DNA of 64,000 nt, taken from Chrysomallon squamiferum (Eukaryota > Animalia > Mollusca). The position numbers and the translations under genes were made by a program. The notes below the pieces were generated by a model. The model saw only the letters and a list, made by a program, of their open reading frames with translations, did not search any database and was not told the origin of the DNA. Position 1 is the stretch's first letter; each line of letters opens with the position of its first letter. Positions 10,980-24,433 of the stretch are shown here, piece after piece. The stretch is from contig CM022671.1 in NCBI GenBank assembly GCA_012295275.1, positions 35,526,001 to 35,590,000 on the forward strand. The letters run 5' to 3'.

Positions 10980-13306
10980 TTAGCTGCCTTTAAATGGATC
11001 TGTAGTTTCTGATGTTTCATCTTCCAGCACAATGTTTTCATCCTCATCCTCATTTTTGACATCACCAAACACGTCTTTGACGGAGATTCGGGAAGCTGTT
11101 ACTGGCATTTTGCCCTCATCCACTTCTCCTTTCATCTAAAACAAAAAAAAAAAAAAAAAAATAAAATAAAAACACACCATTTAATGACAACTTTTCAATT
11201 CTACATTTAAATCAAAGTTAAGGTTAAAGACATTCAGAAAGTAATGAGCTATAATACAGTATTGGACAGGGTAACTTTTAAAAAAGCTAACATATTTTTT
11301 GTGTCCCTTCTGACTTCGACAAAGAAATAATCAGGATGAAGCTAGGTATTTATCATACAATATGTAATAAATGTCAAGCTGAAACAAAAAACATTTTTAA
11401 AATTTATCATTTCCTGAATGTATCGTACCCGTTTTATTTCCTCTATGGAACGCAATCGAATTCCTTGTTGCTTAATAGCTGCAGCTGTAGCCTCAAAGAT
11501 ACCTTCATCTGGAGTTCCAGATTTCTGAAGCTCAAAGTATTTTTCAACAAACCTACAATTATAATTTTTAATAATCATGATAAAAACCTCTTAAAAAAGT
11601 TAAATTTATATGTAACACCTAAAAAGCTCATTAAATTAACATCTTAGATTCAGTATCCGAGCATTTTTTTTTTTTGTAGAAATGAATGTCAGAAAATCTG
11701 TTTAGTAAGTTCATTCTTCTTTATGTGTGTATGGTGTTTGAAAGTTTCTGGTTGTGGCATGCACTTTTTGTGGAAATATGCTTAAATACAAGAAATATTA
11801 CAACTAGAACATAGTTTGTAAGAGCAGATACCTTCTAATCAATAGCAAATTAATTTTCTGTAAATTTTGCCTTGTAGGCTCTGACTGATGATGAATATTA
11901 CTATTATTAGACTGGGGATGTCACATTTCCTACTTCTTATAAAATAATTATGTTACATACTTCTGACATGTTGTTTTAACGGTCTCTTTACTCATGTCAA
12001 CGATATCAGGATTTCCATATGTCTGGTAGAATTTTCTGTTAAGAAAAAAAAATAATATAGTGTGAATTTTTTAAAATTAAAATCATAAACAAATCTGGAA
12101 AAAATTAGATCATAAAAAATAACTAAATAAACAAATATGGAAAATATATGTAAATAAAATAAAGATCTGAAATTACATTTACAAACCACAGCTGTAATGC
12201 AAAAGCCAAATTTGCTAAACTGGCTAACAAATTTTACAAACAGCATTTATTTTATTTTTGAGTAAAAAAAAAAAAATTATTGTAATTAAAATTTAATACT
12301 TATACTATAATGCAACATCCAATAATTAACAGGCACATAAACACTTTAAATTACATTTATAAAACAAAATTTTTACTTGTTGTGCAAATAGAATTATCGT
12401 AATACAAAGTGAGATATTCCAAGTTATGTTTTTGTTAAGGTACAGAAAACTGATAAGACAATCTGGGTACAAATAAACAAAACAGTAAGTACACTCTAAC
12501 AAAGTCTTCGGGATAAAGAATATTTTTAACTGTCCCTGTTGGAACTTTCTGTTCATAGATAGGTGCAGTCTTGGGAGGAAATGCTTCATAGACATCAAAC
12601 CAGATTGGTCGATCTTCTACTTTTAGTGCTCCTGATCGAAGAAGACCACATATTCTACAATACAAAACATTTTTAAAAATCAGGTCATATAAGTACTTAA
12701 AATATACTGTTATATTACACGTTAAACCTTTAAAAAATGTATTTTCATTAAGGTTACTGGATTCACATGTGGAATGTACAACACACATTTATTGTGCAAC
12801 ATAACTATTTATTAAATATAATAAATAAATTATATTTTATTTTTATATTATTAATAAAATAATTGTTGATATATCTATTATTTCATTTTGAGACAAAAAA
12901 GAGATTAAAAAAAAAAAAAAAATGATAATAGATAAATAAAATTGTTTAGGTATTATTATTAGTTTTAAAACTTTAAAATTAGTAATTGGTCCATCTTTGT
13001 TAACTCATCTGAAAACGTGATCAGTTCAACCTAACTGTCCAGACAAGCAGTGATATACAAGTTATATGATGAACCGAAAGACTCATACTTTAAGGTGTAA
13101 ACGTTATTGTTTTATAATATTTATAACAAAATCATTACATTTTTGGGGATTCGGAATTAATTTTAAATTTATCAATTCCAAATCCAGAAACTGTCATTAC
13201 TCAATTTACTGTGACACTGTGGTTGAATTTTTTTAGTTTGTTTTCCAAACTGAAATTGTTACCTAGTATAAATGCTGCCAAACTTTTCTATTCTGCTACC
13301 TGCCAT
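10980..13306 (-). CDS. MRPS23: Mitochondrial small ribosomal subunit protein mS23
   Basis: Exons (minus strand): 13263-13306, 12493-12654, 11961-12035, 11429-11552, 10980-11135. 186 aa: [42 protein letters not shown]...ILYPEDFVRVKFYQTYG...TCQKFVEKYFELQ, the typical mS23 N-terminal domain. Confidence 0.93.
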
Positions 13307-13755
13307 TATGATTGTTTTAAGATAATTTTTATACTAAACCAAGTTTTTAAATATTAAAACATGTATCCATCTCAACATGACATTACGTGCAAACAGCTAG
13401 ACATTGGAGTAACGGGCCTTTAATATCACCTTTGATCAACCTCATGGGTTTATTAAAAGTTCCGATTTGTATCAGGCCTATTGTTGTAATAAACATTTAT
13501 AGCATTCAAAACTATTTTTCTTTTATAGATTTAATTTTTTTCCACATGACATTTAATGTTTGAACATAATTTTTGATAATTATTTTGAATAGAGCTGCAG
13601 AAACATATTTACAATTAATTTATTTTTCCGTTTGAATGAAGTATTAAATTTTTATAATCTTTGGAGGGTTTCGCTAATATAAGGATGTAATTTTTTTTCG
13701 TCATTGAAAATGTATTCTGTTTATGACAGAAACTAGGAAAACGAAAGAAAAATTC
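13307..13755. promoter_or_regulatory. Bidirectional promoter MRPS23/CUEDC1, with likely non-coding CUEDC1 exon 1 ending at 13755
   Basis: MRPS23 ATG at 13306 (-). Consensus donor AATTC|GTAAGT at 13756 (+) and acceptor TTTTTCAG at 14768 upstream of the CUEDC1 ATG. Local CpG retention. Confidence 0.55.
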
Positions 13756-14618
13756 GTAAGTATTTTATTTATTTATTTTTCTCAGTAAATTATTTTAACA
13801 GTATAAGTAATTTATATCCAGATATACCTTTTACCGTAATAAAACCAGGACAGTGGTTCCACCAGAAGGGAGAAAAAGAAACATTAAGAAATGGTTAAGG
13901 CTTATCTAAGGAACTTAAGTGCCAGTTTAAGAATGGTAAAAACTCATAACATGAGATAAGAATATTTTAAAATTTTACAATTCCACAGATAAAGCTCTGT
14001 AGATATTACTTTGCATGAATGTTACATTATTTTAAAAATGATTAATATAAAAAGAAATATATTTGTTTATTATAAACATCGGACATCTGGTAGAGATATC
14101 ATATCGGCAGTTGTTTAATATTAAATGTTTTGTTTGGGAAAGTTCAGATAAAGCTTAAGGTTTGAAGTAAACTTGACCATCAAGATACCCCTCCATAAAG
14201 AAACAGCATTCCATCAAAAGAAACTAAGAAGTTAGCTGTCCAATTCTGTACTTAATCCAAGATGTTTATTACACCACCTACCCTTCTTCAACTTGTGTAC
14301 AAACTGAACAGCATTTTGATATTGCATGCTTATGACTGATTTTGACCATACTGCACATTTTACTATGATTTGTACACCTATAGAGACCATAAATAGATAA
14401 AACAACTTTTAACTGTAATTATTGATTAACTTACATTTAAAAATGTCTGCCAGATCACATGAAAACATTAATTTGGTTTCTATGAAAAGCTAAAGAATTA
14501 TTATTATTTTGTTTTATTTTTTCAGTTTGTTTGTAGTGTCTTATAAGTTAAATTATTAGTGATTACCATGATAATAAGATTTTCATTAAAAGATATCCAT
14601 GTATATACACATACATAA

Positions 14619-14619
<1 letters not shown>

Positions 14620-14663
<44 letters not shown>
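14620..14663. repeat. (CA)n microsatellite
   Basis: About 21 CA units. Confidence 0.95.
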
Positions 14664-14665
<2 letters not shown>

Positions 14666-14834
14666 AATTCATAAATGCAAATACAGAAGAAATAAATAGT
14701 GATAATTCATTTACAATTTAAAAAAAAATTAATTGTGCAATTCTAGTTACATTTTATTTATTTTTCAGATCCTTAAAAGACAGTTAATATGACACAATGA
14801 AATACACTTTGTTAATCAGTGGAAGTGTTCTAAA

Positions 14835-17800
14835 ATGATGGCTATGGCAGAGACAGAAAAGTTAAACAATGAAAGAAGCGGACACTCCAGAAGACGGGAA
14901 CAAGAACTCCCGTCACCCAGCATGGCTGCCCGACCCACCAAGCACCTCGAGTTCAACCAGGCAATGTCAGACTTTAAGTTCATGTTCCCTAACATGGAGG
15001 AAGATGTGATTGAGGCTGTTTTGAGAGCAAACAATGGCATCGTGGACGCAACCATAGATCAGCTGCTGACAATGAACGTTGATTCTGAAGAAATTACACA
15101 ACATCTACAATGGATTGGAAAGATGGATGATGAAGTGGTAAGATCATTATAATTTTAAATTTTTGATTTTTTTTTAATGATTCAGACACTGATACAAATA
15201 GTCCAATTAAAAGTGGTCAGTGTATTTGTTTTTTTTTTAAATTTAATCATCTTTGTTTTGGACAAGGAAATAGTTGAAGGGAACATTAGAATGAACTCAG
15301 AATGTTTTCATAATGATCAGTTTGTTTATGTTAGCAGTACCTCTTGAAAATATTTTGGTTCACACTTGGGTTTTTGTCTGATTCAAAGGCAAGATAACAA
15401 ATAGTGGTTTTCTTTCATCATTCTCAGTTAACTGAACTAAAATTTTAATAAAGTGTTGCAAAGCCACAACATATTTTGTTGTATGATATGAAATATTTTG
15501 TTTGTATTCAGTGCTAAAGATGCCTTTTGGTCTTGCAAACAAAAGTTTTGCTAAATAATTTACATAGGCTTTAGTTTTTTGTTTGTGACTGGGCTTGCAT
15601 GCTTGAACATGGAAACATGTCTAAAACTACCTGTGCTAATATGCATCATATATTTGTACTAAGACTGGGATAGGCAGTTTAATAACTAAATGTTGCTGCA
15701 TCTTAAGAAGGTTGCAGTTTATTATCCTTGTTCCAAGCCCACTGGTGCTGTCTGCTAAAAACCACATTGTTATGTTAGAAATTCAGTTAGGAAGAAGACA
15801 TTACTACATTTCAGTTGACTAGAACTTGTAGAAACTGGTAACTGGGATTTGATCACAGAACGTAGCAGTTTTGAATGAAGAGATTAACCATTATGTCGCA
15901 GACTGGTCTGTTGTTTCTGCAGTAGAAAAGTATGAATGAATAGTTGCAACATTCTAATGTACGTGACACAAACATGAAAATAATGTTTTATTATTTCAGA
16001 AATAAAGTTACATTCAAGGAGTTACATATAATGTTACATATCAAAGATCTCTAGCTAATTTTAAAAAAACAGAAACCATACATGGCAGCTGTGGATTTTC
16101 ATTCTGTGATTCATGTTTACAGGATAACCAGAGAGGTACTGAGTCAGCCATAATGGTGTTTTCCTTCCTTTTCTATTTATATATAGCAGAAATTAGGAAG
16201 TGTTTAGTTGAAGAATATGAAACAGTTACATATATTTTGACATATGTGTCAAGTGGCACTATGAATAACACTGCAGTTACAAATAACGTCTGATATTTGA
16301 AACTCACTCTTACTGTTATTTTTAGTTTTAAATAAAAGAACCAATCTAGACTACTTTCTTTTAGTTATGTTATGAAGGCACTTCTGACAAATGTAATATA
16401 TATATCTATGAGAGAGAAAGAAAGACGTGTAAATATACATAAATTTTAAGATGATATGACTACATACGTACATGTATACAAATGTACATACTATATATGT
16501 ATGTATTTATATTCACAGTCATATTCTTTTTAAACTTAAAAACATTTTTAACTTGATGAAAAATACATATTTATCTTCATTAGCACATTGTTTTATTTTA
16601 TTTCACTTCAAGTCCAAAAAAAAAAGAGAGCAAAAAGAAACTTGTTTATTAAGTTCCCAGTATTAACTTTCAACAGGACAGTTCCCCTACAGTGGAAAAA
16701 CTCAGCTCACCTCATCCTATTGAAGACTCACCTCCACCATATTCTGAAGCGATTCAGTCATCACAGATGTTGCTAGGAGCAACAGGGTCCACAAAGAAGC
16801 TGAGCATGAAGAAGAGACCTTTGGAACCAGCAGCCAGTCATTTACTGGACATGGGCATCGATGAACTTGCCCTGTCCAACACTGAACCAAAGACTGCCGT
16901 TTCACCCTGGAGCAGCCCCATCTCTTCACTCAGTCAGCCTCGGTACTCACACAAGTCAACAAAAAAACCTTCATACAGAAACTGGAATCCTCCGTTACTT
17001 GGGACTCTGCCTGATGACTTTCTGAGGCTATCTCCAGCAGTATCACACCCGGTGAAGCGGACATCATCATCATCCAGTTCTCACGAGAAGAGTCACCATC
17101 GAAAATTATCTTCAAAATCAATGGTATGTGGTGGTGTCCATTTTTAGTTGTGTTTTTCATCCACATTGCTTATTGATCTTTTTTTTTTTTTTTTTTTTTC
17201 TACACAGAAACAGTTCTTGTACTATTTAAAATCAATACTATTTAAATGATCAATACATTTCTTTTTTATTGCAGAGTTGAAGAAGGGTGTAGGAGATTTT
17301 TATTTTCAGACACATTACAACATATTAGAAAGCTTGGATTTGTGAAAATTAATTCTTGAATCCTATGATAAAGGGTTATTTATTGTTCATAAACATTCAC
17401 TTGAGAATATTCTCATGTTACAAATTTTGATAAAATAATACATACAGTTTAAATTTATAAAAATTATAACATCTCAACTATGTTTTTAATCTCGTTTATG
17501 TAAAATTAGTTCTATATTCACTGGTTTTTTTTTATAACTAATCTTTGATTTTTCAGAGTTACAATTTAGGCTGCTTATTTTAATTTATAAAACATATTTT
17601 GCAGATGCATAAGGTTATTTATTTTATAAACTATAAAATTCGTGGTTATTTTTTCTTCAGATTTTATCAGCTCATGATTTCAGCACTGGCATGCTGCAGG
17701 AGAAGATGAAGGAAAATGAGCGACGCAGAAAACTTGCGTCGTGTGACATCGATCCCGAACTGGCGCAGTATCTTGAAGATGAGCGACTTGCCATAATGTT

Positions 17801-19823
17801 TCAAAACAGTGAATTCTTACAAGAACTTCGTGATGATGAAGACTTCATGAACACATTAGAAAGCGGTGGATAGTGCTGTTTATTTTACTACAGAAACTGT
17901 GATATATCTGTTACATAAAAGTTGTTTTGTAGTGAAATGCCTCAGTGAAGGATAAACATTCTTAAATTAATAGTTTTTTTCCAAGAATAACTTGCGCACC
18001 TAAAATAATGGCACCACCCCTCAAAAAACATACTAAAAACGTTAATTTAAATGATAAAAAATAAAAATAAATATTGTCAAGTACAAAAATACAACTCTAG
18101 AGAGCATTATATAGCAAACTAAAAATAAATACAGTTATGTTCCATTTCTTTTTTTTTTTTTTTTTTTTCCAGATCGAATGAGCACATCTGGTTTTGAACT
18201 CAAGACACCATCAACTCCAGAAAAAGAAGGTAAATTTAAAATTTTATAAACATAACTTAATTAGCACTAAAGAAAGCAGAAATAAAAAAAAACTTTTGGT
18301 CATGTTAAAATAGCAGAAGAAATTGCCTGTTGATATCTGCACTGTTTAAGTTTTCTGTACCTGCAATGATAAAAGTTGAGTGAAGTATACAACATGTATA
18401 ATGATTCATGTTGCAGCAATGATAGAAGGTTATGGTACAGACAGACAGGACACTTTGGAAGCATTTCCATTCAGTCAGCAGTTACCCAAGTCTGAAGATG
18501 AAGATGCAGAGTTAAGGAGAAAACTTCGACATATGGGAAAAGGTAATAAACAAATTTTCTTTATGTTGACATTCCTAGGCAATATTTTGTTAGTATTATT
18601 TAAAAATGTTTGGAATGTTGGCTTTTTGCCTTTTAGTGCTTTTGAAAAATAAAATAAACAAAAGACGTACTTATTTTTTAGCTTCAAGAAAACAGTTTGC
18701 CGCTCTTGCAAGAAGATTTTTCTCCAGAAAGAAAAAGAAAACATCAAAACAAATGTATCCTTGATTTTAAAAAAAACAACAACAACAAAAAAAACATGAT
18801 TTTATTATTTTTGGTGTGTGTGGGGACTTTTCTTTATATACATAAAAATAATGTTGCTTATTTTTTTAAATAATTCCGTTTTCACTTAACTTTTGAAAGT
18901 TTGAAAGAGAAGCTGGCACCATCGATGATGAACCTGCTTGACGCAGAGACGTACGACGACACAGACGAGCCACAGAGTGAGGAAGTCACATACAACTCAG
19001 AGGAAACATCGGTGAGGCCTTTCACTAATTATTATACAGGAAACAAATTATGTCAGTGAACCTAGCTCTGCAGTGACTCTACACTCCTTATTTACATCAG
19101 ATACAGAAGTTTTTGTGTACGTTTCTGTGTGTTTGTATGGGCGTGGGGGTGGGTGCATGTGTGTGGGTGTGCATATATCTGTGTGTTTGTATGAATGTGT
19201 GTGTATATGTTTATGTTCATCTACATGTCTGTTTGTTTGTATGTGTATCTGTGTGTGTGTGTGTGTGTGTGTGTTTAGATATGTCTGTGTGTTTTTGAGT
19301 GTACCTGTATGAGTGTGTATGTGTATTTTTATCCTCATGTCTGACTGTTTGTATGTGTATCTGTATATATGTATGTTTGTGTGTGTGTATGTTTAGATAT
19401 GTCTGTGTGTTTTTGAGTGTATCTGTATGTGTGTGTATGTGTATTTTTATCTATATATCTGTTTGTTTTTGTGCATATCTTCATGTTTGTATATGTGTAA
19501 TTATATGTACATACATATTTCTACCTGCATTATTAATAACTAATGGTTTATTAAAACATAGGTAACAGCTTGCAACTCCTTTTTTATACACTTTTACCTG
19601 TGTTATTAATTACAGGTTTTCATGAAAACAGAATATTTTATCAGCAAACAGTTAAACATAGTTAATTTTAAATGGTTAATTAATTCAGTTTTTTTTTTTT
19701 CTCTCTCTCTCTCCTCAGTCGGACACAATAAACTCAGTACCAAATTATCGGACAGTTCAACGACCAATGTATGAACCAGACACTCTGATCACTTACAACC
19801 CAGACAAATCTCACATGGTTTAA
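14835..19823 (+). CDS. CUEDC1: CUE domain-containing protein 1
   Basis: Exons: 14835-15137, 16677-17123, 17661-17865, 18173-18229, 18417-18542, 18682-18754, 18900-19011, 19719-19823 (TAA). About 475 aa. CUE domain LEFNQAMSDFKFMFPNMEEDVIEAVLRANNGIVDATIDQLLTM. CUEDC1 signatures RNWNPPLLGTLPDDFLRL, QYLEDERLAIMFQNSEFLQELR and LRHMGKASRKQFAALARRF. Confidence 0.92.
15590..15910 (-). mobile_element. Degenerate tRNA-derived SINE-like element in the CUEDC1 intron after the first coding exon
   Basis: The minus strand reads gaccagtctgcgacataatggttaatctc...ctgtgatcaaatcccagttaccagtttc, a decayed A-box (TAATGGTTAA) and B-box-like (GATCAAATCC) head, followed by a mixed-sequence body that stands out from the AT-rich flank. 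Confidence 0.4.
18755..18899 (+). other. U12-type (minor spliceosome) GT-AG intron in CUEDC1
   Basis: 5' splice site GTATCCTTG. Branch-site-like TTCACTTAAC at 18881-18890, ending 9 nt before the intron end, with no real polypyrimidine tract. Splicing keeps the frame (KQI-LKEK). Confidence 0.85.
19110..19515. repeat. Cryptic GT/TGTA low-complexity repeat with internal duplication
   Basis: Degenerate (GT)n with a duplicated block gtttagatatgtctgtgtgtttttgagtgta. It is the source of the Cys/Val-rich spurious ORFs. Confidence 0.85.
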
Positions 19824-21439
19824 TGTTACATTTTGCTTTATGTAATACTAGAAAATATTAGAGCCTATGCATATTATTCAACAGCAAAATAATAAATAAA
19901 TAAATATCAGATGAATAACACCATATAATAAAAATAATAATTAAAAGAAAAGAAAATTTAGAAGTTAGAAAAAGAAGAAAAATTTTCTTAAATTAGCTTT
20001 TAATACTAAAATATTAAATATCATTAAAAAAAAATTAAAAAAAAAAAAGCCTATTTTAAGATATTTGTTTAATATTTATTTATTTATTTTGATTACTACT
20101 TCAGTATTTTTATATATTTTATTCTATTCTATTTAAGTTATTTATTCATTTATTTTGTGTAACCATTCTTAAAAAGACATTTTATAATTTCTATGAATCT
20201 TGGCTAGAAATTGTATAGCAATCAAATTAGATTAAAAATCATGTTTAACAAAGGTCACATTTTGGTCAGCTTGCTCTGGTGAAAGTACCAATCACTGAGC
20301 ATTTATCATTTCATCACAGACCCATCATGATGATGATGTCATCAGTGACTGTGAGTCTTACTACTATATATACAACATATTTACATTTTGTGAAACTTTG
20401 GACTAGGACTAAAACGACACAAATGCATGTTTAAGATAATGACTGTGTATATGAATAGAACCAGTTATTAAATTTAAGCACAACTGAATTAAGCTTTACT
20501 TTATTTAAATTCTTCTGAAGTTGTTATTTTCTTCTTAAAATTATTACACGTAATAATTATTTTGCTTCATATTATTCTTGTGGAAAATATTTATTTTTTA
20601 TCTTTATACTTAAGAGAAAATATTTTTATTTTAATTATATGCTGAACATTGTATCATTTTATTCTTTAGGATGTTCCATATAGGAATTATTTTGTTGTAA
20701 CCTACATAATCTGAAAGATTTTTTAAAAAATTAAAAAATTTATTGTATAACATTCTGTAGTTATGTAGAACTGTAAACTATAAAAAAATTTTAAACATTT
20801 AAAATTCACAAATTTTTTTATATTTTAAATTTGTTTTCATCTGTTTTTAAAAATCTTTTTTAAAAAAAAGTTATAAAAAATGACAGTTTTACTAAATGTT
20901 ATAGACTGCTGAATGTAATTTATCTGACATTATTCATCTGAAATAAATCTGACATAATTTTAACCATCAATTTTCTAACACTGTGGTATCAGACCTCTTC
21001 AGATAACAGGACTTTGACATGCCGGTCACTTTACACAATGGCCTGATTAAACAGTATGACTTAGACAACATGTAACAAAAGATGATTTGTTGATGTTGGA
21101 GTCCAGTTTTATATTTGTAAATACTTTGTTAGGATAATCTGTTACATTTGTGATCATGTCATTGTTTAGTCTAGATCACTGGTCATGTTGGCGTACAGTC
21201 TAGTATGTTGATAATGTCCATGTACAGTCTAGGAATATTGTAAAATACTTTTGTTACATAATCACTTTACATTGTAAAATAACTGTTCCAATCTTGTTGA
21301 CTGAGCATTATTTTTATATATGTACTGTAATAATACAATTGCTGTTACTAGAAAGTCATTTTAATAATGTATAATATAGTACACACAGAAGTTATTATAC
21401 AGTTATGTCATAACTGCATTGTAATGTGTTATAGTGTTT

Positions 21440-22120
21440 TGTTGAATAATAATGAAGTTATTACACAGCAAATTATAATGAAGTTTTACAGTTGAGTATT
21501 TTGAAGTTACTACACATAGGATATGAAGTTATACAGTACTAATTATAGAATGGTATGTTACAGTTATTAGACAAAGGTATATAATGAGGTTATACAATTG
21601 TATATAATGAAATTAAACAATAGTATATATTGAAATTACTATACAGTAGAATATAATGAAGTTATGCAATAGTACATAATAAAATTATTACAGTAGTAAA
21701 TGAAGTTATACAATATTATATAATGAAATTATTAAACACTAGTATATAATAAAGTTATACAATATATAATGAAATTATTGTACAGTAGTATATAATGAAG
21801 TTATACAATATATAATGAATTTATTGTGCAGTAGTATATAATAAAGTTATACAATATATAATGAAATTATTGTACAGTAGTATATAATGAAGTTATACAA
21901 TATATAATGAAATTATTGTACTGTAGTATATAATGAAGTTACAGTATATAATGAAATTATTACATGGTATATAATGAAGTTATGCAATAGTATGTAATGA
22001 AATTATTGTACAGTAGTATATGATGAAGTGTATAAAATTAAGTCATTATAGAATATTATAAAATGAAGTTATTGTACAAAAGTATATATAATGAAGACAT
22101 AACACAATGGTATATAATCA
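21440..22120. repeat. Degenerate minisatellite (tatataatgaagttatacaa / tatataatgaaattattgtacagtag alternating units)
   Basis: Many tandem copies of the ATAATGAA(G/A)TTAT core, most homogeneous at 21750-21950. Confidence 0.85.
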
Positions 22121-22458
22121 AATTCTAACAGCCAATTATTAGAGTGTATCAAATCTGTGAAACTCTCTGCTTTACATGGACTGGAAAATTTAAAGGGATC
22201 AATAAAAAAAATTTAGTTATATATGTATGATTTTAAAAACAAAAATGATTAACAACAAAAACAGTTTCAACTGCTATTTGATAAAGAATAAAGTAGATTT
22301 AGGGATTAATAAGCAGTTTGTCCTCAGACAGAGATTCTGAAGTAAGAAATCAGTGATCTCTGAAAACTGAAGAAGAAAATATTTAAAATTTGTAATCATA
22401 ATCAAGGAAGATACAGACAGAAAAGTCATCAAATTAGAAAACATTATTAATCTGGAAA

Positions 22459-22491
<33 letters not shown>

Positions 22492-23656
22492 GAAATGATG
22501 TGCTTTAACTAACTGCTTTCAAAGCTTTTTACTGTTACATGTTAATTTTTTTCTAATAATAAAAAACAAAATACAGAATGATTCTTTTAGATAGTTAAAA
22601 AAAATTTAAACTTTCTATTTTCTTTCCCTCTCTCTTTTTTTTTTTTTCATAATTAAAATAAATTTATCATGATAAATGAAAAAATCTCAGGGCAGTATAT
22701 GGTGAATGTTATTGTTTGTTATAAGCTATACTGTTGAGAAATTAACAAACTAGATTATTTCTATATATATATATATGTCTGTCGGTGTATGTATGTACAT
22801 GTATATTTTGTTGAACTTTTTTTTTGTTTTTACTGGTTTTTGAAAATGTTGTTGAGTTCTTGTCTGTTGACCTAGATGGTGATATCAGTTTAAGGATTAG
22901 ACGAACCAAATTTTATTAATATTATTATTTTTGTTTTTTTTAGCTACTGCTTTGTATGTACCTATATACAACAATATCCCAACTCGATAGTTTTGATATT
23001 ATTTCAGATATTATACTATTTTTGTTGACTGGGATTTTAACCTCACTCTGTCGCCAATCCCATGATTCAACATGTCTCTACTTGTGTTCAGTAAAACAGA
23101 TCACAGCTGAGCAAAATATTTCTAAAAAACATATTCATACCTAATGAATGAATGAAGGAATGAACAAACAAACTGGTTAATTAATCATATTTTAAAATCA
23201 AATGATATAAATATAATTTTCAATTAGACAAGTAGTTTGAATCTTTATTATTTCATTATCAAACTGCTTTTTTTTAAAAAGAAAAGAAATTTTCACTCAC
23301 AGTTTGGATGTTAATGTTATTTTTCATGATACAGTATTACATTTTTTTTATAGTTGTTTCACAATCATATTTAAGGTTCTAGATACAGAGTCAAATATCT
23401 CTCTTCAAATATGTCCTTTGTTAGCACACAACTGAGTTTCATAAAATCATGTTTGTTTATTTTTCAGATAGATAATTCTTGAAAACATTTGTATGTTTTG
23501 TCACATACTTGAAAGCAGTTTGGAGTTGTTCAGTTGTTCTGAATAATTTGACTGGAAATTCTTTCCTTTCTTTTAACTTTTATCAAAAACAAATACAAAT
23601 ATTTCTTGTTTAACATCACTGATACATTTTAAATAAACTGTTACTAGATTTTTTAC

Positions 23657-23657
<1 letters not shown>

Positions 23658-23708
<51 letters not shown>

Positions 23709-23790
23709 TTTAATAACAATAATAATAATAACTAGTAATAAAAAATAATGATAACAATAATAAAAATAAAAATAGTAATAATAAATAATA
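23658..23790. repeat. (TAA)n microsatellite
   Basis: Perfect taataa run followed by a degenerate tail. Confidence 0.9.
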
Positions 23791-24371
23791 ATACTTTAAA
23801 ACAGAAAAAAAATTGAACACAAACATGTTTTATCTTGTTTAAAAACTGTTTGATACTGAAGGTGGAGACAAGTCTAAAATTATAATTTTTGTATTTTGTA
23901 AATCAGAGATGTGCTGTACCCATTTCAAAGCAATGAGCTTTTCCTTACAATCCATATATAGTTTATTTTTATCAAAGTTTACATAATGTTTGATGATGTA
24001 ACTTCTGTATGTACATTATATTTTTTATGAACAGAATTGTTTTTTTTGTATTTATCATGTAGTGTACTGATTAACAATAAATTAAAAAAAGAAAAAAGAT
24101 TATTATAAACAAATTCTTACCAGCTACAAGCAGAATATTTAGCTTTCAGTTTTACAGGGTATTTCTTTCTTCTTTTTTTTCTTTTTTTTTTACTTGTCAC
24201 ACGCAAAAAAGGCCAAGTAATTTATAATGTCTCTTTAATCTCAGCCAGTCAGAGGCTGATATGTGATGCTGTAGCCAATCAGAAATATTTCCTGTTTTCA
24301 AGCAACTGTTGGATCCAAGATTCCATTTCACACTTGTTTTGTTTAGGCTATTTTAATTTTTGTGCATTAAA

Positions 24372-24374
<3 letters not shown>

Positions 24375-24431
<57 letters not shown>
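24375..24431. repeat. (TAT)n microsatellite
   Basis: About 18 TAT units. Confidence 0.9.

Positions 24432-24433
<2 letters not shown>

Noticed and set aside
10003-10980. Overlapping antisense 3' UTRs of FKBP6 and MRPS23
   Set aside because: Each gene has a plausible poly(A) signal (10223 on plus, about 10706 on minus) that would end the transcripts without overlap.
14816-15055. Antisense ORFs overlapping CUEDC1 and AACS exons (also 16717-17166, 48089-48427)
   Set aside because: Shadow ORFs expected opposite GC-richer coding exons.
20325-20350. CATCATGATGATGATGTCATCA as a C/D snoRNA box or hairpin
   Set aside because: Short TGA/CAT triplet repeat with no properly spaced D box and terminal stem.
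24240-24300. CCAAT-like motifs (GCCAATCAGA) suggesting a hidden promoter
   Set aside because: No adjacent CpG enrichment, exon or ORF, and single motifs are uninformative.
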